Positions 9,976 through 20,854 are shown, counted from the stretch's first letter. The stretch: DNA of 64,000 bases from an uncultured Verrucomicrobiae bacterium (GCA_963782115.1 CAWAIK010000020.1:10137-74136), one strand, 5' to 3'. Notes: generated from the sequence alone by a model not told the origin. Program-made: numbers and translations.

Positions 9976-10682
9976 ATGGCGATCGATCCACTCGGACCAG
10001 CGAATCTAAGCGCAGAATATGCGAATGACCGCGGTCAAGTGGAGATCATCCGCAATTTCACCTATCAATTTCGGCCTGGATCATTTTACCATCTTTCCGG
10101 ACCGGAGTTCGGCGGGAAACGTTTGTTGCTGCAAATCCTCGGTCTTCTTCTGCCGCCAGACTCGGGAGAGATCATTGTTGACGGGTCCCTGGTCACAGAT
10201 CTCGACATTGACGATCTAGGCGAAGTTCGAAACCGCAAATACGGTTTTTTATTTTCCTCTCCATTCTTGTTGCCGGCGTTTACGGTTCTGGAGAATGTCG
10301 CGATGCCTCTCTTCAAGATCACTCAGGTAGAAGCGTCCGAGGCGAAAGTAATCACCGAAGAGATCCTGGAGATCGTAGGCGTATCACGAATTGCGACGAC
10401 TGCGGTTGAGCGAGTTGGACGAGCTTGAAGAGATGTTAGCGGCGTTGGCCAGGGCTCTGGTCCATCATCCGCGTGTTTTAATTGCCGAACTAGTCGGGAA
10501 CAACATGCGGGAGAGCGAAGCAGAATCGCTGTTGTCGACTCTCCGTTCGAGCGGTCAGCGGCTTGGGCTGGCGGTGATCGCCACCCTGGCGCCGCATCTC
10601 TCCTGGGGAACAAGCCGATGTTCGCCTGGAAATCGGGCCGCAAGGGGTGGAAGAATTCATCAGGAGAGATCCGCACCAATGA
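9976..10682 (+). pseudogene. ABC-transporter ATPase-like protein with degenerate catalytic motifs; two frame breaks
   Basis: LolD/FtsE-like layout, but Walker A is GPEFGGKR (no S/T), the signature is LSELD (not LSGGQ) and Walker B is VLIAEL (not hhhhDE). Frame 1 (9976-10428) passes to frame 2 near 10376-10381, then to frame 3 near 10605. Frame 3 ends ...EQADVRLEIGPQGVEEFIRRDPHQ-TGA, overlapping the next ATG as ATGA. Confidence 0.55.
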
Positions 10683-11523
10683 GCGAAGCAAAGGAAATCA
10701 CCAAAAAAAGCCAGTCGAATCTGGCTTTTGCTTTCTTCTCTTTGCCCAAAGTAACGCGGCGAGATATCACGACATTCTACGCGTTCTGCCGACACGTGGA
10801 CGATGCGGCCGATGATCCGGATGTGCCGTTGTCCGAGCGCAGGCATTGGCTGCAAGGCTGGCGCCGCTGGCTGGTTCAGGCGGAACCGAACGAGCCGGGA
10901 TTCGCCTCAGAGCTGAGAACTTTGATTGGCAAATACAAGATCGATCGCCGGCTTTTCGAAGAGATTCTGCTTGGTGTGGAAATGGACCTCGAGCCCGTCA
11001 GATTCGAGAATTTCGAAGCGCTGCACCGATACTGCTACCGCGTCGCCAGCGCGGTTGGGCTCGTCAGCATTGAAATTTTCGGATACCGGAATTCGCAGTG
11101 CAAAGAGTATGCGCACAAATTGGGCGTTGCGCTTCAACTCACGAATATAATTCGGGATGTCGATAAGGACTTGACGGAACGGAGGACGCATTTATTTGCC
11201 GTTGAGCGAATTAAGGATGTTTGGTTACTCCGGAAGAAGCGTTGCGGGAGCGGACTTACAACACTGCGTTTGTTCGCTTGATGCAATTTCAGGCAGAACG
11301 CGCGCATTCCTTTTTCAGGGAGGCAAGGCGGCTACTACCCTCGGAGGACCGGCGATCGATGGTCGCGGCGGAAGGAATGCGTGCGATATACCACGCCTTG
11401 TTGCGACGGATCGAAAAGGATCGATTCAGGTTGTTCGAGAAAACCTATCGCCTGAACCGTCTTGAAAAGGCGATCATCATGTTAGGTCAGATCGCGTCGA
11501 ATTCGCTTTGTAGCTTTTATTGA
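10679..11523 (+). pseudogene. squalene/phytoene synthase family protein; two frame breaks ~50 nt apart
   Basis: MSEAKEITKKSQSNLAFAFFSLPK...FYAFCRHVDDAADD (first Asp-rich box)...YCYRVASAVG...LQLTNIIRDVDKDL. The frame then changes near 11172-11180 to GGRIYLPLSELRMFGYS. It changes again near 11228-11235 to PEEALRERTYNTAFVRLMQFQAERAHSFF...AIYHALLRRIEK. Confidence 0.75.
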
Positions 11524-11549
11524 CTTCCAGAAGTCAGTGAGATGCGTTA

Positions 11550-11806
11550 GTGCACAGTCTCGCATATAATGTGATTGTCGCCGGAGGTCAGTTGGCTGTT
11601 TTTCAAGGCCGAGCAAGCGCCCATATTGAGTCATACGGGTAGCGAGCAACGCGGAAAGCGGCCCGAGGGTTGCGTTGAAAATGGACTTGCTGCCGCGTTG
11701 CTCTCAATCCCGCACCTTTTGATAACCGCCGCGGAAAATCGGAGCGGCACAATCTGCGGATCCTTCCTGCTCCTGCCCTGCACTACCATTATATGCGACC
11801 GGGCAC
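11550..11806. mobile_element. MITE-like element, copy 1 (degenerate), TA-flanked
   Basis: Left end GTGCACAGTCTCGCATATAATGTGAT and right end ACCATTATATGCGACCGGGCAC are inverted. The left ~150 bp aligns with 22099-22250 apart from a ~17-nt internal deletion, and the right interior differs. TA lies on both flanks (11548-49, 11807-08). Located between the convergent ends of two genes. Confidence 0.7.
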
Positions 11807-11814
11807 TAACTCGT

Positions 11815-13201
11815 TCACCGAAAAAGCAGGCGGCAAGCAAGCACGGATGCGATCACACCGACGAAATCGGCGAAAAGTCCAGCGGGAATTGCATGACGCG
11901 TCTTTGTGACGCCTACAGATCCGAAATAGACCGCCACCACGTAAAAAGTTGTTTCGGCACTCCCGTAAATCGTCGCGGCCATGTAACTGAGGATGTTGTC
12001 CGGGCCAAGCTGTTTCACGAGATCGGTCAAGACGGCAGTTGAACCGCTGCCGCTCAGGGGCCGAATCAATACCATCGGAAGGAGGTCCGACGGGAATTGA
12101 AACCAGTTCAGAACGGGATCCAGAAGATCCTTTAAGAGATTCAATGCGCCGGAATCGCGAAATACCGCGATGGCCACGAGCATTCCAACGAGATAGGGGA
12201 TGATTCGCACGGTGATCGTAAATCCTTCTTTGGCGCCCTCGATGAATTCCGTATAGACCGGTATTCTCCGACCGGCAGCATATACTGGAAAAAAAGTCAG
12301 CAGAAACGGAATCGCGAGAGGAGAGAGCGCATTGAAGAATGTGGCGATAGCCCCAAGAAAACCAACGGGCGCGGTACCGCGAAACCAATAGGGAAACGCA
12401 TTCGGGAGAAAGAGTGCGAGAAAAAACAGGAGAACAGCTGCCAGAGCCCACGGAGCCCAAGGAGCCATCGGCAAGTCCCTGGCCGCATTTGCGTTTTGAT
12501 TGGGTCGGCGGCTGGGCGGTCGTGGCGGTCGAGATGCCTGTTTGTCTTTCCCAGCGAAACGGACCAAGGCGTTGAAGGAACTTGACGGTGAGGATTGCGG
12601 ACAAGGTGGCAAAGAAAGTCGCGATCAAAGTGGAACCGACGATACCCGTCGGATTCTTCGAGCCGTTGATCGCCAGGATATTAATGGCGGTCGCCGGGAC
12701 CAATTGGATGGAACTGGTATTAATTGCCAGGAAGGTACACATCGCATTTGTTGCGACGCCTTGTTTCGTGTTCAGCTCATTCAGTTGACTCATGGCGCGC
12801 AGGCCGAGCGGTGTTGCAGCATTGCTGACACCCAACATGTTCGCAGCCATGTTCATGACGATGGATCCCATTGCGGGATGATCCGGAGGCACATCGGAGA
12901 ACAGCCGAGCTAGAATCGGGCGGATGAATCGAGCGATGTGCTGGATTAGTCCGGCCTTTTCAGCCAGTCGCACCATGCCCAGCCAGAGGGTCATGGCCCC
13001 GCAGAGCGGCAGCGCGACATCCATGACCGCGGACTTAGCTGCGCTAAGCGCGCCCTGGTTGACAGCTGCGAACTGTCCCGTGATCCCGGCCACCAATACG
13101 CCAATCAACAAAAGGCCGAGCCAGATCAGATTCAGCATGTCACGGAGAATATTCGGAGAAGTTTTTAAAAGCCAGCCGGTTGGCTCACTGTTCTCCGTCA
13201 T
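11815..13201 (-). CDS. nucleoside-recognition (SpmA/SpmB-type) membrane protein(s): either a fused gene with one frame break or two overlapping genes
   Basis: The N-terminal frame (from 13201) has SpmA-like ...ALPLCGAMTLWLGMVRLAEKAGL...MNMAANMLGVSNAATPLGLRAM. A second frame (11815 to about 12470) has SpmB-like ...RIIPYLVGMLVAIAVFRDSGAL...LIRPLSGSGSTAVL...AETTFYVVAVYFGSVG. The frames differ, and the long extension of the first frame looks non-coding. Confidence 0.7.
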
Positions 13202-13253
13202 GCTTGAACGATTCTTGTCGTATGGTCGGAATTCTGCGATCTAGTAAACCATC

Positions 13254-13598
13254 ATGAAACTGATCGGGAAAAAGGCCTTAGTCACGGGCAGCAATCAAGG
13301 GATGGTGAGGGAATCTGTCGAGGCGCTCGGCGGCTTGGATATCTTGGTCAACAACGCCGGCGTCGAGAAGTACGCTCCATTCTGGCAGGTCACGGAAGCG
13401 GATTATGACCTGGTGCTCGACATCAACTTAAAAGGCGAGTTGAAAGCTCTCTTGGAAAACATCCCGCTGGCTCGACTTGGCAAAACCTCTGATGTGGCTG
13501 GCGTGGCGGCATTTCTGGCGTCTGCGGACGCGGATTGTATTACCGGCGCGACGATTGTCGTCGATGGCGGACTGACCTGGAACTACAGCGAGCAATAA
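13254..13598 (+). pseudogene. short-chain dehydrogenase/reductase remnant (in-frame internal deletions)
   Basis: 114 aa versus ~250 expected. It has KKALVTGSNQG, LDILVNNAG and C-terminal ...ITGATIVVDGG. Most of the Rossmann segment and the catalytic S...YxxxK region are missing. Confidence 0.45.
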
Positions 13599-13605
13599 GG
13601 AATCT

Positions 13606-14589
13606 ATGCAAATAGGCATTGTTGGTTTGGGCCGGATGGGCGCGAACATGGCGCGTCGTCTAATGCGCAAGCAGCACGAAGTGGTCGTGTACGATCTGAA
13701 ACAGGATTCGGTAGCAAAGCTAGCGAAAGAAGGCGCGGTGGGAGCCACAGGTTTTGCGGATCTGGCGAACAAGCTCTCAAAACCCCGGGCAGTTTGGCTG
13801 ATGGTACCCGCCGGCGCTCCTACGGAGGAAACCATAGAACATCTTCGGCCTTTTCTGGGAAGCGGAGACACGATTATTGACGGCGGGAACTCTTTTTACA
13901 AGGATGACGTCCGGCGCAGCACCCGGCTCCAGAAAGAAGGGATTGACTATCTAGATGCCGGCACGAGCGGAGGAGTCTGGGGAATCGATCGTGGTTACTG
14001 TTTGATGATTGGCGGAGATGAGGCGGCGGTAAAGCGCTTGGAACCGATCTTCGAAACCCTTGCTCCTGGTCAAGGAGATATTCCGCCTTCACCCGGGCGG
14101 GAAAAGTTTCAGAGCACGGCCGAAAAAGGCTTCCTGCATTGCGGGCCCTCAGGAGCCGGCCACTTTGTCAAGATGATCCACAACGGAATCGAATATGGGG
14201 TGATGCAGGCTTACGCCGAGGGATTTGATATTATGCGAGGGGCTGCTTTGGAATCACTTCCCGAAGGGCATAGGTATCACTTCAACGCAGCGAACATTGC
14301 AGAGCTTTGGCGGCGCGGAAGTGTGATCGGTTCCTGGCTTCTGGATTTGACCGCGATGGCTTTGGCCGAAGACAATGAGTTGAGGGAATTCACCGGCGTG
14401 GTCCAGGATTCCGGCGAGGGTCGCTGGACGGTCCAGGCCGCGATTGAAGAAGCTGTCTCAGCCGAAGTTTTAACCGCGGCGCTCTTTGCACGCTTTCGTT
14501 CCCGTCAAGAGCATACATTTGCGGAGAAGATGCTCTCGGCGATGCGGAATAAATTTGGCGGCCACGTGGAAATCTATCCAGGAAATTAA
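13606..14589 (+). CDS. gnd: 6-phosphogluconate dehydrogenase (decarboxylating), short form
   Basis: 327 aa. [19 protein letters not shown] (NAD(P) fold), [44 protein letters not shown]. Confidence 0.85.
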   Translation: MQIGIVGLGRMGANMARRLMRKQHEVVVYDLKQDSVAKLAKEGAVGATGFADLANKLSKPRAVWLMVPAGAPTEETIEHLRPFLGSGDTIIDGGNSFYKDDVRRSTRLQKEGIDYLDAGTSGGVWGIDRGYCLMIGGDEAAVKRLEPIFETLAPGQGDIPPSPGREKFQSTAEKGFLHCGPSGAGHFVKMIHNGIEYGVMQAYAEGFDIMRGAALESLPEGHRYHFNAANIAELWRRGSVIGSWLLDLTAMALAEDNELREFTGVVQDSGEGRWTVQAAIEEAVSAEVLTAALFARFRSRQEHTFAEKMLSAMRNKFGGHVEIYPGN

Positions 14590-14595
14590 TCTGTT

Positions 14596-16113
14596 ATGGA
14601 TGCATGCCCCATTCCTCAAGCAGCAGAACCCTGCGCGCTGGTTATCTTCGGCGCTTCGGGAGACTTGACCAAGCGAAAGCTGCTGCCTTCGCTCTACAAT
14701 CTGGCGTCCTACCATCTTCTCCCTGCGGACTTCAGCATCATCGGCGTGGCACGCCGGCCACTTTCGGACGACATCTTTCGCGACCAGCTCGGAAAAGCTT
14801 TAGCGGAGCTTGGGACTCAACCGGTCGATCCGAATCTCTGGAGCCGGTTTCGTGGTCGAATTTCGTACTGTGCGGGCGAATTCGACAATCCGGAGACCTA
14901 TAAAAAACTAAAGGAGGCGCTCGACGCCTCCGAGAAAGAATTCAAAACCTCCGGTAACGTGGTGTTCTATCTCTCGGTGCAACCGGACTTTTTCGCGACA
15001 ATTGCCCAACGATTGTCGGAGGCGGGCCTGTTAGCCGAACGGGATGGTCGATGGCGTCGGGTGATCATCGAAAAGCCGTTCGGCCATGATCTGGCTTCGG
15101 CACGCACACTAAATGCCCAATTGACGTCGGTTCTGAAGGAACATCAGATTTACAGAATCGACCATTATTTAGGGAAAGAGACGGCACAGAACCTTTTAGT
15201 ATTCCGTCTTGGCAACGCGATCTTTGAGCCGATCTGGAACCGACGTTACATCGATCATGTGCAGCTGACCGTGGCGGAGTCCATTGGCGTGGAAGGAAGA
15301 GGCGCCTTCTACGAGAGTGCCGGCGCCTTCCGTGACGTGATGCAGAATCATATGTTTATGCTTCTTGCCCTGATCGCAATGGAGCCGCCGACCTCTCTGG
15401 AGGGAGAAGCGATCCGAAACGAAAAGGTCAAATTGCTCCGTTCGATCCGACAGACAACGCCCGAGGAAGCCCTCATGAACACTGTTCGCGGGCAGTACGG
15501 AGAAGGGATCGTGGGCGGCAAGAAGGTGCCGGCTTATCGTCAGGAACCGAATGTGGATCCGAATTCGACCGTGGAAACGTTTGCCGCGATCAAGCTCGGG
15601 ATCGAGAACTGGCGATGGGCGGGAGTGCCGTTTTATTTGCGTTCGGGGAAACGACTGCCGCAACGTACCACGAGTATTGTGTTTCGGTTTAAGACGCCGC
15701 CGCTGTCGCTCTTTGCGACCAATGAAGCGGATCCAATTGCGCCGAACTACTTGATTTTCCACATCCAGCCCGAGGAAGGAATTACCGTCCAGGTGCGCGC
15801 TAAGATTCCAGGTCCGACCATTTGCACGCGATCCGTTCGTTTGGAGTTTGATTATAACCAATTCGGAGATCGGCAACCGGCGACGGGCTACGAGAAACTG
15901 TTGTACGATTGCATGGTGGGAGACGCGAGTTTATTCCATCGTTCCGACATGGTGGAAGCGGCCTGGGAAGCGGCTTCACCGATTCTGGAGGCCTGGAAAA
16001 ATAATCCGCCCACTGATTTTCCGAATTACCCGAGCGGGACTTGGGGACCGGAAGCGGCGACGCACCTGATCGAGAGAGACCAACACCATTGGTGGTCCAC
16101 TGCCAGGGTTTGA
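14596..16113 (+). CDS. zwf: glucose-6-phosphate 1-dehydrogenase
   Basis: 505 aa. VIFGASGDLTKRKLLPSL, RIDHYLGKE active-site motif, MQNHMFMLLAL. Located immediately downstream of gnd. Confidence 0.9.
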   Translation: MDACPIPQAAEPCALVIFGASGDLTKRKLLPSLYNLASYHLLPADFSIIGVARRPLSDDIFRDQLGKALAELGTQPVDPNLWSRFRGRISYCAGEFDNPETYKKLKEALDASEKEFKTSGNVVFYLSVQPDFFATIAQRLSEAGLLAERDGRWRRVIIEKPFGHDLASARTLNAQLTSVLKEHQIYRIDHYLGKETAQNLLVFRLGNAIFEPIWNRRYIDHVQLTVAESIGVEGRGAFYESAGAFRDVMQNHMFMLLALIAMEPPTSLEGEAIRNEKVKLLRSIRQTTPEEALMNTVRGQYGEGIVGGKKVPAYRQEPNVDPNSTVETFAAIKLGIENWRWAGVPFYLRSGKRLPQRTTSIVFRFKTPPLSLFATNEADPIAPNYLIFHIQPEEGITVQVRAKIPGPTICTRSVRLEFDYNQFGDRQPATGYEKLLYDCMVGDASLFHRSDMVEAAWEAASPILEAWKNNPPTDFPNYPSGTWGPEAATHLIERDQHHWWSTARV

Positions 16114-16332
16114 TTGACAGAAAATTCCAGCCGGGCGTCTGAGGTGTGTCGTTGCGGGAATGATTTTTCCGTCAACTGCGGTTTGACGATCTATGGATCC
16201 GGATTTTTCGTTGATTCAGGCGCGGTTATCCTACGAAGATGATCTTGTAAACCAACGTCTCTCCTAGTTGGTAAGTTCGCAAACGGAATACTTTCCGTTT
16301 CGTGAGGTGGGCCCTATATTGTTCTCCTCCTT

Positions 16333-16914
16333 ATGATTGATTACTTGCAGACGATTAGCATGACCTCGGCAAGGCAACTCCTGCTTTCCATCGTAGCGAT
16401 AACAATCGGAACGGCTCTGCCCGCCGCTGCGCAGCAGAGCGGTACGCAAGACCTTACGGCGGCGGCTGCAGCCGTCATCGCCCAGCGCAGCGAATTGTAC
16501 AACAAGAAAGATGCCGGCGGGATCGCGGCAGAGTTCACAGCAGATGCGATTTTTGTCGAGCTTTTGCCCACACTCGAGGTGATGCACGGAAAAGCAGAAA
16601 TCCAGAAGCACTACCAACAACTCTTTGATGCCGGTGCCACCCACTTTGCCCAAAAGATCACGCAAGTGGAGTTGAACGGCAATGACACAGGGGTGATGGC
16701 TGGCGACTACACGGTCGTCGCAAATGCCAAGACCATAACCGGGCACTGGTTCGAAATACTGAGGCAAGAGGCGGGGACATGGAAGACCGCGGTCCACGTT
16801 TTCGCTCGGCCAGAGCCGATCATTGAATGGCAGCTTCAGTTCCCGCAGGTGCGGCCGGAAGGCAAAGCTGTTGCCATAGGCCGAGTTGCCCTGCACCGGA
16901 GCCGGGACGACTGA
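16333..16914 (+). CDS. SnoaL-like/DUF4440 (NTF2-fold) secreted protein
   Basis: Signal-like N-terminus (LLLSIVAITIGTALPAAAQQ), then ...YNKKDAGGIAAEFTADAIF...GKAEIQKHYQQLF...GHWFEILRQEAGTWK, typical of the NTF2-like fold. Confidence 0.55.
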   Translation: MIDYLQTISMTSARQLLLSIVAITIGTALPAAAQQSGTQDLTAAAAAVIAQRSELYNKKDAGGIAAEFTADAIFVELLPTLEVMHGKAEIQKHYQQLFDAGATHFAQKITQVELNGNDTGVMAGDYTVVANAKTITGHWFEILRQEAGTWKTAVHVFARPEPIIEWQLQFPQVRPEGKAVAIGRVALHRSRDD

Positions 16915-16998
16915 TCGGCACGCGCCCGTTCGATCAAAGTTAGGGCGATTTCACTTTCATAGAATCGTGCCCCCGTCGTGAACTCGTGGTGACGATCC

Positions 16999-17928
16999 TT
17001 ACGACCCGATCCCTAAAGCACGCATAATGATGGCCATCGAAAATAATGCAACAACCGTTCCCAAGACAGTGCTGCTGGTTGATTCAAGCTTAAGCACATT
17101 ATATTTAACCGCAAACATCGTGGTCATGATTGCCGGTGGCAAGGCACAAAGTAAAATCGCTTCTTTCGCCAACGCTCCGGTGATACCAAAAGCAACAACC
17201 ACTCCCCACATGATCAGAGGATGCACTAGAGTTTTATTAAACACATTGAACAGAACCGGTTTACTAATGCTAATCTTATCCTGGGACATGATTAATCCTA
17301 AGGCAAACAAGGACACACCCGACGTAGTTCCGCCTATTAATTTTAACGACTCTAGCGCCAGTGCTGGCATCGGGAGAGTTAAAGCGGAATAGATAGCCCC
17401 GATAACGGGAGCCAGAACTAAGGGCTTTTTAAACACTTTCAGCACCAAAAACGTGATATTAGTTTTGGCCTCTGAAGCGTCCGCGATTTCAAGAATGGAA
17501 ACGGTCAAGGGTATCATAATCAAACTGGTTATCAAATTTCCGATTACGATCGAAATCAGAGAATCTTCACCAAATAATACCAGGAAAATCGGAAAGCCCA
17601 TAAACGCCATGTCCGGAAACGAAGAAACAAATGCGGCCTGGCAGCTATGGCTTACTGACATGCGTCGCAGATAGCGGTTGACAAAAAACACAACTAGATA
17701 CATCCCGAGTAAGCCAAGACTTAAACCCGCGATAAAACGATAATTAATTAAGTTTTGCAGCGATGTAGTTGCAGTTTTGGCAAAAAGAAGACAAGGAAAA
17801 CTAAAACTCATTACATAGGTTGCCAGACTGGAGCTATGCCGGGCATCAATAATCTTCCGCCAGCCGGCAAACCAGCCCAAAAGAATGACGAACGCCAGCG
17901 GAATCAGTGATTGGAAAATCAAATTCAT
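16999..17928 (-). CDS. AEC (auxin efflux carrier) family transporter
   Basis: 309 aa, polytopic: MNLIFQSLIPLAFVILLGWFAGWRKII...ALPPAIMTTMFAVKYN. The region is visibly AT-richer than its surroundings. Confidence 0.7.
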   Translation of the reverse strand: MNLIFQSLIPLAFVILLGWFAGWRKIIDARHSSSLATYVMSFSFPCLLFAKTATTSLQNLINYRFIAGLSLGLLGMYLVVFFVNRYLRRMSVSHSCQAAFVSSFPDMAFMGFPIFLVLFGEDSLISIVIGNLITSLIMIPLTVSILEIADASEAKTNITFLVLKVFKKPLVLAPVIGAIYSALTLPMPALALESLKLIGGTTSGVSLFALGLIMSQDKISISKPVLFNVFNKTLVHPLIMWGVVVAFGITGALAKEAILLCALPPAIMTTMFAVKYNVLKLESTSSTVLGTVVALFSMAIIMRALGIGS

Positions 17929-18078
17929 AAATGAGCCTTTAACAGTTTGAGCCAGTATAGCTAAGAGTCCTAGCGCAGGGACAGAAGAATAAATGGAAGC
18001 CCGAGATGTTTACTTCAGTCTTGCCTCCGATTCGTCCGTTGAGCTTCCATTCTAGTGTCCTGTCCCCGAAATAGCTTC

Positions 18079-20723
18079 CTAAGCCTTTGGAGTCTTTGCA
18101 AGAGTTCGCATCAGGCGACCGACGATTCCCGTCCAACCGGTTTGATGGCCGGCGCCGCAGCCGCGCCCGGTTTCTCCATGAAAATATTCGTAGAAGAGGA
18201 CCAGGTTTTTCCAGTGCGGATCAGAGGCGTACCGCAAGTCTTGCCCGTGGCACGGCCGGTTGCCTTGGTTATTCGGTAGAAAGAGACTGACGAGCCGGCG
18301 GACAATTTCGTTTGCCACTTGCTGTAGGTTCATCAGATTGCCTGAACCGGTTGGGCATTCGACTTCGAGATCATTTCCATAGAAATGATAGTACCGTTCC
18401 AGAGCCTCGACGATCAGATAGTTAATCGGAAACCAGACTGGTCCTCTCCAATTGGAGTTTCCACCGAACAGATGAGTATTCCCTTCGCCGGGAACATAAT
18501 CGACGCGGTACTCACGGCCGTCGGCACGAAAAATATAGGGTTTCGTCGGCGTGGATTTTGGAGAGGGAGCGGATGCCGAACGGAGAAAGGAACTCATTCT
18601 CATCCAGCAGATAAGGCGAGAATTCGGCAGAGCCGCTCCTTGGTCGGTACAGCCAGGAGGCGATGGTCGTGACCCAGTTTATTGTCGATCGAAATCAATT
18701 TCGCGAGATCTTGCCGGTATTTCAGAAACCACTCCATGCGGTTCCGGAATCCTTTGAATTTCTCGAGCCGTTCCTCCTCGAGAATCTCTACAGCGACGAG
18801 CGGAAGGAATCCAACCAGAGATCGAGTCTTCAGAGGAATGGTTCTTCCGTCAATTTTTAGCTGATCGTAATAAAACCCGTCTTCTTCATCCCAGAGACCC
18901 GTGCCGCCGAGCGTGTTCGTGGATTCGCAGATGGCGATGAAATGTTCGAAGAACTTGGACGCCATGTCTTCGTAGGCCGGTCGGGTTTGCGCAAGCTCCA
19001 AGGCCATCGACAACATCGTCAGACAGTAAGAATCCCATCCAGGCCGTCCCATCGGCCTGCTGAAGGTAACCTCCTGTCGGCAGAGGTTTCGACCGATCGA
19101 AAACGCCGATGTTGTCCAAGGCCGAGAAAGCCACCGGAAAAAATGTTGTTTCCCTCGGTATCCTTGCGATTCACCCACCAGGTGAAATTCAACAGCAATT
19201 TGTGGAAGACGCTTTCAAGGAAATCAATGTCGCGAGATCCGCGAGGCGCGCTGATCTTATAGACGCGCCAGGCAGCCCAGGCATGCACCGGCGGATTGAC
19301 GTCGGAAAAGGCAAATTCGTAGGCCGGAATCTGGCCGTTCGGATGCATATACCATTCACGGAGAAACAGCTCCAATTGTTGCTTCGCGAAGGTCGAGTCG
19401 AGATGAGCAAACGGTAGCATGTGGAACGCAAGATCCCAGGCGGCAAACCAGGGATATTCCCATTTGTCCGGCATCGAAATCACGTCCCGGCTGTAGACGT
19501 GCAACCAATCATGATTTCTTCCCGACCAGCGGTTCGCGGGCGGCTGTGGGCTCGTACTGGTCTCCCTCCAGCCAGTCCTTCACGATGTATTGATAGAACT
19601 GCTTGGTCCACAGCAATCCCGCACACGCCTGTCTGGCGACGTTTTTGCGGTCCTCATCGAGGCCGCCGAGCAATGCTCGTAGAAGTCGTCGCGTTTCGCT
19701 TTTTCTGAGGTCGAATACTGCCGGAATCCGCCTGCGGTTGATTATCCCACTCGGCAACAGAGACAAGCCGGAGATACACCGTCCGGGATTCCTCGGCCGC
19801 AAGGTTGATTCGATAAACGGGAGCAACTTTGGTCCCGTGAAGGTCCGGATTGGTCGATGATTTGTCGCCCGAAACGATATAGGTGTGAAACGAGTCTTTT
19901 ACAAAAGGCGAGGAATTTGCGGAACCGTACAGGCGCTGAAAATTTGTCTCGTTTTCGGTGAAAAGAAACTCGTCCGGTCGACATCGTAAAACAGGTACAT
20001 CGGCTCGAGTGTTTCGTGTTCGGTCTGAATCCAACCCTCTTTGTCGCGCCAGATCCGCGGCTTCACCGAACAGCCTTCATGCGAACAACCCCAAACCCAG
20101 GTATTGCGAAACCAGAGGGTCGGAAGAAGGACGATCTCGGCTGGATTCGTTGGCGCGATTCGCGACGGTGATCCGGATGTGAATATCGTTTGGAGATTTT
20201 TTCGCGTACTCGGCGAACACGTCGAAATAGCGTCCACCTTCAAAAACGCCGGTGTCGATGAGCTCAAATTCTGGAAGATTCAGATCGCGCCCACGATTCT
20301 ACGCGGACAAGTTGATCGTACGGAAAGGCTGCTTGCGGGTATTTATAAAGCGCTTTCAGGTAGGAGTGAGTGGGCGACGAATCGAGATAGAAATAACATT
20401 CCTTGACGTCCTCCCCGTGGTTTCCTTCCGGGCCCGTTAGCCCAAACAAACGTTCCTTCAGGATATGGTCGCGACCATTCCAGAGCGCCAGCGCGAAGCA
20501 GAGCCGGCATTCGCGATCCGTGATTCCCAGTAGTCCATCTTCTCCCCATCGGTAAGCGCGGCTGCGCGCATGTTCGTGCGGAAAATAATCCCACGGATCG
20601 CCTCCCTCGGAATAGTCTTCGCGAACGGTGGCCCATTGTCGTTCGGAGAGGTACGGACCCCACCTTTTCCAGTTTTTCGTCCTGGCTCTGATCTTCCTGC
20701 AGACGCTGAAGTTCTTCGTTCAT
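18079..20723 (-). pseudogene. MGH1-like (GH63-related) glycoside hydrolase, at least 8 frame changes
   Basis: Consecutive minus-strand ORF pieces in alternating frames encode one ~880-aa protein. Its segments in order: [16 protein letters not shown] / [31 protein letters not shown]...[15 protein letters not shown] / [26 protein letters not shown]...[14 protein letters not shown] / FTENETNFQRLYG / RQACAGLLWTKQFYQY. Then: [33 protein letters not shown]...[13 protein letters not shown] / DNIGVFDRS...ADGTAWM / [12 protein letters not shown] / FGGNSNWRGPVWFPINYL...FYEYFHGETGRGCGAGHQTGWTG. The first break is in an A-run (GACGAAAAACTGG). Confidence 0.8.
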
Positions 20724-20854
20724 ATGTGATCACGAAGTCAACGCCCGGTTGTCATTTGCAACGGCATCGAAGTCGCTACTATATGTATGAGGTGCCGTAA
20801 ATTACTAAGCGTTGCATTTTTTAAAACTCCCAGTTAGTTTCCTCGCCCTTAAAT

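Noticed and set aside
11575-12042. 155-aa ORF sharing an N-terminal peptide (VSWLFFKA...) with ORF 22118-22372
   Set aside because: The shared peptide is a by-product of the repeated MITE-like DNA. The remainder is antisense to the SpmB-like gene.
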